DNA from: Lingula anatina | Lineage: Eukaryota; Animalia; Brachiopoda | NCBI GenBank assembly: GCA_051362555.1 | Contig: CM120640.1 | Location: forward strand, 38,480,788-38,544,787 | Length of the DNA: 64,000 bases | Reading direction: 5' to 3' | Part shown: positions 56,637 through 64,000 of the stretch, piece after piece | Position numbering within the stretch: the first letter of the stretch is position 1 | Layout of the letters: every line of letters starts with the position of its first letter | Notes under the pieces: model-generated | Told to the model about the DNA's origin: nothing | Seen by the model: only the letters and a program-made list of their open reading frames with translations | The model's database searches: none | Position numbers and translations under genes: made by a program

Positions 56637-57462
56637 CTTCTCCGATTTTTACAAAATGCAGCCTTACACTCCTATTCCATTTAACATTGATCCTGAAATT
56701 TTACAGGTGGGCACCGTTGGCCCTCCAAAATTAGGTCATGTACCTGGAGTGATTCACACCTTCGCACATGAGAGAAATTAGTTCTAAAATAAAAACATTT
56801 TTTCTTTTATACAGAAATGACGAGATTGTGTTTTTGGTATTAAAAAGTACCACATGCGAAAAAAACAACAATTTCTTCTGTTTTTTAAAGCATTCTTGAC
56901 AAATCTTTACATATATTTTTTCACCTCACCTGGCCCGCGGAGCGCATGGATATGAAAGAGACAGGTGCGAAAACATAGCTATAACGCGCGAACATTGCTA
57001 ACGATAAGTTAAAGAAATTATTCAAGCTAATTTATTTATTTCTTCTTATAACTTTAGTAATTCAAGTTGATATACATAATTTCATTATAATATATTGATG
57101 TCCGTTTTAATCCTAAACTTGTTTCACATTGTCAACACTTATTGGGCAATTTTTTTAGCGTGTTAGACGCTATTCTAGAAAAACTGTGTTGCTACACGTC
57201 AGTGGAGAAAACTGAGAGTCGCGAGCTTGAAAAATGCGAGTTTTAATAAGTTATGCACTGAACATATGCAGTTTGCACCAAGGGAATTGATGTTGAAGAC
57301 GTTCTTATCAGCTCTTTTTAACGTATCGTTTAATCAATCAAGGTGATAGCCGAGCGTTGAGATAGTCTACCACTGAGAGTCAAACTGCAATTCTTTGTAG
57401 TACTGAAGATGATGTTGAGTTGAACTGCAGTATGCGAGTGTAATACATGTAATGCACACGCT

Positions 57463-59890
57463 ATGCAGGTGAGGTAAAATATTACTGTACAGGTACTTAC
57501 TGGCTTTAGAAATGTTATAGTCAAAATGCTCAAAAGTAAGCTAGGTTTGAAACAAGTCTTATCCAGTTAATTAAATGGTAATTTACATGTACTAGTATAC
57601 ATGTATACTGTATATACTGTAATTTGTAAATATGTGACACAAACTAAAGTAACTAAGTTGATAGGGGATTTTTTTCCCTTATTTTCAGGTGTCCTCTGAT
57701 TTAATCCAAGGCTACTGCCAGCAAGGAGACCTAGAGGCATTGCAACTGTCTTTGTCAGGAATCTCCCAAAAAGACATCAGAAACTTGCTGAGCAAAAAGA
57801 ACACAGCAGCAGGTACTGCATTGTTTGAAGCCATTGTGCACCAACGAACAGAGATAGTAGACTTCCTGCTGAACCAGAAGTACTGTGATTTGGAGCAGGA
57901 ATGTGATGTAGACATAGAATTCTGCCCCTTGCCAGTAAAAGGAATATGTGAGTAACTGAAATCAGACCAGTAGACAAAATATGAGTGTATATATACCAGT
58001 ATGCATTGCAAGCTTTTATCTTTTAAAACAAACAATTAAGACGAAGCCTGGGAGAGGCATAGCATGTCAAATGTACAAAAGCCTGCTCAATGTTCATCAG
58101 TATATCATTCACTGTCAGTAGTTTAAATGAACTCATTAAATATATCAATGTAAGAAATTATCAATACTGACCATAATGTTATAAAAATGTTCCAACAATC
58201 CAACTTTCACATTTTAGGTACAGCTCTTTATCTTGCCATTTTGGTGGATAATGAAGCTATTGTGAAGTCTCTTCTGGAAGCTGGGGCATCAGCAACTCAT
58301 AGAACCAAGAGGAAAACACCACTGTTTCTAATAGCGGATTCTGCAGGCTTGTCTGTTAACCTCTTGCACTTACTAGTTCATCATGGTGCAGATGTGAATG
58401 AAAAATTAAATGGATGGAATGTTTTACATGCTGTGTGTCACAATCACCGTGCAAATTTTGATGCAGCAAATGTAAAAAAAGTGGTACAGTTTGTACGAGC
58501 ATTAGCTGAATATGGTTTGGACATCAATGCCCAGTCTGACTGTGGATGCACTCCAGTCGAAGAGGCCTGTAAAACTGGATGTTATCTTGTAGGAAAATGG
58601 CTTTTGGAACAACGTAGTTTAAAAGTCACTGAAAGAGAAAGAATAAGGTTGTGGCTTCAGCTGGGAGCAGCGTGTATTCTACACAATGCACAATTAATAT
58701 ACCACCAGTGCCTTGTATCCAGAACTTTAAAATGTTGGAAAAAAGCTCTGAAAGTTGCAGATGTCTCTCATTGCACTGATGCCTTCAAACATTTGCCAGA
58801 TTTCATAGTGGAGTTCAAAGATAGTGAAGACTTTCAGGGCACCTGCAATGAGATTTTGCTCTCAATTTCTCCATTCAGAGATAAAGATACTCTTCGAAAA
58901 TTGGGAAGGAATTTTAGAGCTTTAGAGCAACAGGCATTAGCTTTGCGCATGTCTCTGAATGTGGAGCCTACTAAAAGCAAACTTGTGCTTGGAGAGCTTT
59001 TGCATGAAGCATCAAGAGTGGTGGATCAAGATATGTGCCTGGGGATTAAACTATTTATCTACTCAATAAATCTCAGTTTAGAGGGAAAGTTTCAAAATCA
59101 GTGTGAGGAAGCTCTTTCTTTTCTCATGCAATATGCACTTCACAAATTCACAACAGGTAAAATAAGCAACAATTCTGATGCTGCCCAGTATATAGATCCA
59201 CTCATTGCTATGATAAATCTTATAAATAAATTAATGAGGCTCATACTGGAGCTTACACCAATTTGTGGAGAAAAGGATGATTCTAATTTTTTGGAGCAGA
59301 TAGAAAATCTGATGGGGATTCTTGGAATGCTGTATGTCATCAACAGTAAAACTGCATTAAATCCATCTCAAAAAGGAAAACTCATTCACAGTCTCTCTAC
59401 AATCCTTGAAATAGAAGATCAAGTGTGGCAGACATTTGAAATTAATTTGAATTGGGAATTCATTAGAATTGCATCATATAACGTGTTCACTGCTAGAAGT
59501 ACTCTGTATTTTTTCCAAGAGGCTCTTTACCCCAGCATTCTCATCACTGACTGGCTTGTTAAGGCAGGCATAGATGTAAATGTTAAAGACAAAGATGGTA
59601 CCACACCTTTGATATTTTGTCTTAAATCTTTACACCCTGATAAAGATTTCATCATATATTTTATTATGAATGGTGCACATGTTGATGTTGAGAACAGGTA
59701 TGGCGAAAATCCATATGATATTCTAATGGCTCATCCAGAACTGGGGATATCTCCATTTGAATTTATGACACTGAAATGCCTGGCAGCTCGAACTATTATT
59801 AAACAGAAACTTCGTTACAATAAGTCTGGAATGTTGCCTAAGAATTTACTTGCATTTGTTCAAGTACATGAAAAATGTGGACATCATTGA
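57463..59890 (+). CDS. Fem-1-like ankyrin-repeat protein (putative Elongin BC/Cullin-2 substrate receptor)
   Basis: Probable exons 57463-57468 (MQ, start uncertain), 57689-57947 (GTALFEAIVHQRTEIVDFLL) and 58218-59890. N-terminal ankyrin repeats, helical middle, C-terminal ankyrins (GIDVNVKDKDGTTPL; GAHVDVEN) and the Fem-1-type tail TLKCLAARTI..LPKNLLAFVQVH. AATAAA signals near 59983 and 59997. Confidence 0.8.
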
Positions 59891-60325
59891 AGGGATGTAA
59901 GTGAGAATAACTTTTGTGTGTGAAAAATCTGAGTTGAGAGTTCACTGTGTTACCCCAAAAATATGCAACTGACAAGGTTATCAATAAAACGACAATAATA
60001 AAAATTGTACTGGAATGAAAAAGTATTTGATTTTTATTAAGTATTTAGATGCAGGATCCACCATATCCTCACTTACCAAGCAGATTTATGATTGCATTCT
60101 ATCAGGCAAACTTGCCCCTGTGTCCATAATCCAAATTATTTTTCCTGTTCCTGTCATTTATTAAGTATTTATTTACTATTCACTAAAACTACATTTAGAA
60201 CGATTCGAGAAAAAGAGATATCTTGTAATGATGGTAAAATCCCAACCGGAGAAAGGTTCCAACTTTCGTGTACGCTACATGGAGAAAATACCTACGATGT
60301 TAGCAGCCGGTTGACCCGACCCGAT

Positions 60326-63246
60326 ATGGCCTTACCTGTTAAGCCTAGCCCGTGGAGCAGTAAATCCATTCAAGGGGTACTCTTAGATATATCTGGCGTT
60401 TTGTATAACAACACAGAAGACGATGTAGGTGTTGCCATTGATGGATCTGTTGAAGCTGTGGAGAGGTTAGTTGTAGTTTGGAAATATAACGTTCTTGCTA
60501 TTGTTATTATATTACATGTACACACGCTCGGCTGTCACCTTGATTGGATAGTAAACGATTGTCGTAAAATCGCTAAATGATATTAAAACCGGGTGCATAA
60601 ACTTGAAAACCACCTACAACAACCTTGGACTACCACATTAATCCAATACAATGCAAACATAAACTATAACAAGTGGTTAAAGCCTTCAAACCGAATGTCG
60701 TAAAGTCCCCATATACCTCCATAGAGACAATAAAATAGAATGAGCTTGTGAAACAAGAAAAATCCAGTTCCAACATAATAATCGAAATAAAATACTGCCG
60801 GGCATCGGAGCCCCCTAAAACTTGGCACGCTTACCGCTAATACTGCAGGCTACATCATCCCGTCGCTCGTTTGTAAATTCCGTGCATGGCATACGCACAA
60901 TCAAACCGTAAAAAACAAATTCTCGGGGTGTCGTTGGCCAGGTCCACTCTAACCTACCATTACGAAAAAGAAGCCATGCCATTGGACAATGCGACCTCTG
61001 CGGTTACGTCATTTCCTGAATTGGATTGTTGAGTGGACCTAGCCAACGACACCCCGAGAATTTGTTTTTTACGGTTTGATTGTGCGTATGCCATGCACGG
61101 AATTTACAAACGAGCGACGGGATGATGTAGCCTGCAGTATTAGCGGTAAGCGTGCCAAGTTTTAGGGGGCTCCGATGCCCGGCAGTATTTTATTTCGATT
61201 ATTATGTTGGAACTGGATTTTTCTTGTTTCACAAGCTCATTCTATTTTATTGTCTCTATGGAGGTATATGGGGACTTTACGACATTCGGTTTGAAGGCTT
61301 TAACCACTTGTTATAGTTTATGTTTGCATTGTATTGGATTAATGTGGTAGTCCAAGGTTGTTGTAGGTGGTTTTCAAGTTTATGCACCCGGTTTTAATAT
61401 CATTTAGCGATTTTACGACAATCGTTTACTATCCAATCAAGGTGACAGCCGAGCGTGCATGTACATGTACGTACGTTAATGCTGAATATCAATATGGATC
61501 ACTTGGGCCAACTGTTGGGGTGAATCAAGGAGTATTCTGGATATGTTTTATTTACTTATCCTCTTGGAGTCATTCTGGAGATGTACAAGCCGACAAAGCC
61601 ATATATCTTAAGTCTATATATGTCTTTTTGCTGTTTTTGGTAAAGTGATTAAAACATTTATATCATTTAATTTTTTGGGTTTAATTTTTGGATATTTATT
61701 TGTTTGTTTATTTAATCCATTCTTTCATTTATTAGCATATTACAGGACAGTAAGTAAATATGTACCATAAAAATATTGATTAAATGGTGCTTTAATGATC
61801 ATACATCGTTTTTAATTAATAGGACTTATTACCTTGCAGGCTGAGAAAATCTGGCCTTCCAGTTCGGTTTTGCACCAATGAAACCCAGTGTACCAGAGAA
61901 CAGCTGGTGAGAAAACTAAGTCGGTTAGGGTTTACCCTTGGTGTGTCAGAGGTGTTCCCACCAGCCCCTGCTGTGTGTCAAATACTAAAGGAGAGAAACT
62001 TGAGGCCATTTACTGTGATACATCCATGTGAATAAAATGTTTTGTTAATTAAATACCATTTAATTTATTGTCTATTTTTGTCACTTGTTTTTGAGGTTCA
62101 TAATTTTAACTTGCTTTTTACCGAAGTCAGTGATGGGTTGCTCTTACTTTTTTCATTTATTTTTACTTACGTCTTGTTGGCAATATTTAAGACATACATA
62201 TGATTTTAAAAAAAAATTACTGTTGAAATATTACTAATTAATAATAACAGTAACTCTTTATAAATCAGTATTAATACTATAGCTAATCTCCAAATAAATT
62301 TTATTAAATTCAAGCGCCTATATGTTTTATTTCATTTCCTTACATGGGCCCGGAATGGATTTCCAATTTCAGCATGTGATCCAGAGTTTGCTGATATTGA
62401 TCAAAATGATCCTAACTGTGTTGTACTGGGAGACGCTGCCAAATATTTCACATTTGAAAAGGTCAATAAAGCCTTTCAAATCTTGATGTCACTGGAAAAG
62501 CCAATATTGTTCTCTATGGGGCAGGGGTAATGCTACAACCTTATTCTTTATTTTAATCAATCACTTTATTTAAACATTGATTTTTTTTTTTTTTTTTTTT
62601 GTTTGTAAGAAATGTTGTTTCACAGTAACTTATAAAGTGGAGGATAATATAATTATGTATCTTTTTAAATATTTAAAAAGTATTGAGTGGAATATTTTAC
62701 TAAATTCTGATTAATTCAATGATGTCAGTTTCCATAATATTCACATTTATGGATGTTTTGTTAATTCAGTAATTGACTTTTTACATATTTTTACGAATCC
62801 CAAGGAATTGTGGGTAGAATTAAAGAGGGTTAAGAAAGCAGGGTGTGCTTAAATCGGGAACATATACTCTTTAATCTTATTTATTATTAATTTATGTTAT
62901 AGGAAATACTACAAAGAAGCAGGTGGCTTGAAACTGGATGTTGGAGCATATATGAAGGCTTTAGAGGTAAATTCAGTTATAATAGCGGAATTAGATATCA
63001 AACAATACATTCCATGCTTTAGGTTAGGCAAGGTCTGATTCATAATTAGTTGTGTGTTTCTATTTTACAGCATGCCCATTGGAAATTTAGCTTTGTGGTC
63101 TCACTTTTTTGTAATTTTTCATTTTTTGAGCTACTACAGCATTTTCCTTACAGTATGCCTGTGATGTTAAAGCCGAGATAGTAGGGAAACCATCACCATC
63201 ATTTTTTAATGCAGTGCTAAAAGACATGGGTGTAGATGCATCCAAT
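60326..63246 (+). CDS. LHPP: Phospholysine phosphohistidine inorganic pyrophosphate phosphatase (HAD IIA), 5' part; continues past the right edge
   Basis: Exons 60326-60465 (QGVLLDISGVLY, the LHPP-type motif I; AIDGSVEAVER), 61840-62027 (LPVRFCTNETQ..FPPAPA), 62373-62526 (DPNCVVLGDA), 62903-62965 (KYYKEAGGLKLDVGAYMKALE), 63154-63246 (YACDVKAEIVGKPS). Confidence 0.9.
60523..61457. mobile_element. Foldback / long-TIR non-autonomous DNA transposon in LHPP intron 1
   Basis: Arms 60523-60949 and 61031-61457 (427 bp each, one mismatch noticed near the inner end) with an 81-nt spacer. Termini CACGCTCGG...CCGAGCGTG. 8-bp direct repeat CATGTACA at 60515-60522 and 61458-61465. Confidence 0.9.
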
Positions 63247-63459
63247 GTAAGTATAGAAAATGGTGGTCATTTTTGTTTAGAAGCCTAATTGTTATTAATG
63301 ATTTTTTTCTTGTGATATTAACTTTTATGTTCATTTTCACAATTGTGGGAATTTTGTTAATTTTAATTAAAAGTTATTGTACACACTTGTGCGTGCGTGC
63401 ACATACACTACACAAACACTCACCAAGATGACTTGGCCCTCTTTGATGTAGGGTGCATT

Positions 63460-64000
63460 ATTGTACCACCAGCGTAGGCGCTGGCGGTACACATGGTTTT
63501 AGTCCCAACCCGTATGTTCCGCCGGCTCCTGCGGCTCTGCCGGCTCCTGCGGCTCCGCCGCCAAGTCACCGTTACCGCTTCTCCTCCTAGACGGTAAGGG
63601 CCTCCATACCCATCTCTTGGATTTAGGTCACCTATAATCTCAACTCGTTCCACGTAAAATTTGGGCTTTGTTGGTATTGGGGTCTAGGTGTGGCACTCAT
63701 TGCAATGCACCCTTGTCCAAAAATGGCAAAATTAAATGCTAATTATCTCCCCTACGGAAGGAATTATGGGAAAAATTTCTACAGACAGCTTTCCAAAAGT
63801 CATATGTGTAGATTTCAAATATGCCCTTGGATTTGACCTTTGACCTTTATTTCAAGGTCAAACGGGCCAAAATTTTCAAAAAAACAAAATTTTTGCCAAA
63901 AAAAAAAAAATTATTTGCGCTGTTTTTCAGACACCACACAGACTTAACTAATAATATTAATGGAAAGTGTTACCCTTCGGGTCATCTTTCATCTCCTTGA
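63460..64000 (-). repeat. Inverted copy of the 14436-15370 repeat family, in an LHPP intron
   Basis: Reverse complement matches ~14840-15370. Confidence 0.8.

Noticed and set aside
60092-60325. N-terminal extension of the LHPP ORF in the ORF track
   Set aside because: It starts at a non-ATG codon (TTG), and homology begins only after the ATG at 60326.

Overview
AT-rich, intron-rich eukaryotic (animal) genomic DNA. Gene and repeat content suggest a lophotrochozoan, probably a mollusc (inference). There are no prokaryotic systems or CRISPR arrays. Genes reconstructed by eye from splice sites and homology: (1) the 5' two-thirds of an otoferlin-like type II ferlin on the minus strand (ATG 25464, runs off the left edge); (2) two intronless rhodopsin-class GPCR paralogues (27658-28722, 32208-33314); (3) a complete 34-exon SMC3 (36641-48908); (4) a GPI-anchored melanotransferrin-like gene (minus, 56636-50696); (5) a Fem-1-like ankyrin gene (57463-59890); (6) LHPP (from 60326, runs off the right edge). 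Many non-autonomous DNA transposons (MITEs, foldbacks) lie in introns and intergenic DNA. The most unusual observation is in SMC3: a U12-type AT-AC intron is followed by a 188-bp tandem duplication of the downstream exon with its AC acceptor, and the only difference between copies is in the U12 branch site, which would make the copies mutually exclusive. Also notable: three GC-AG introns in SMC3, a near-perfect 427-bp-arm foldback in LHPP intron 1, a three-layer nested transposon with its empty site in the window, a transferrin missing most iron ligands in both lobes, Penelope-like hammerhead cores, candidate otoferlin micro-exons, and a candidate structured RNA upstream of SMC3. All coordinates were counted by hand and may be off by a few bases.
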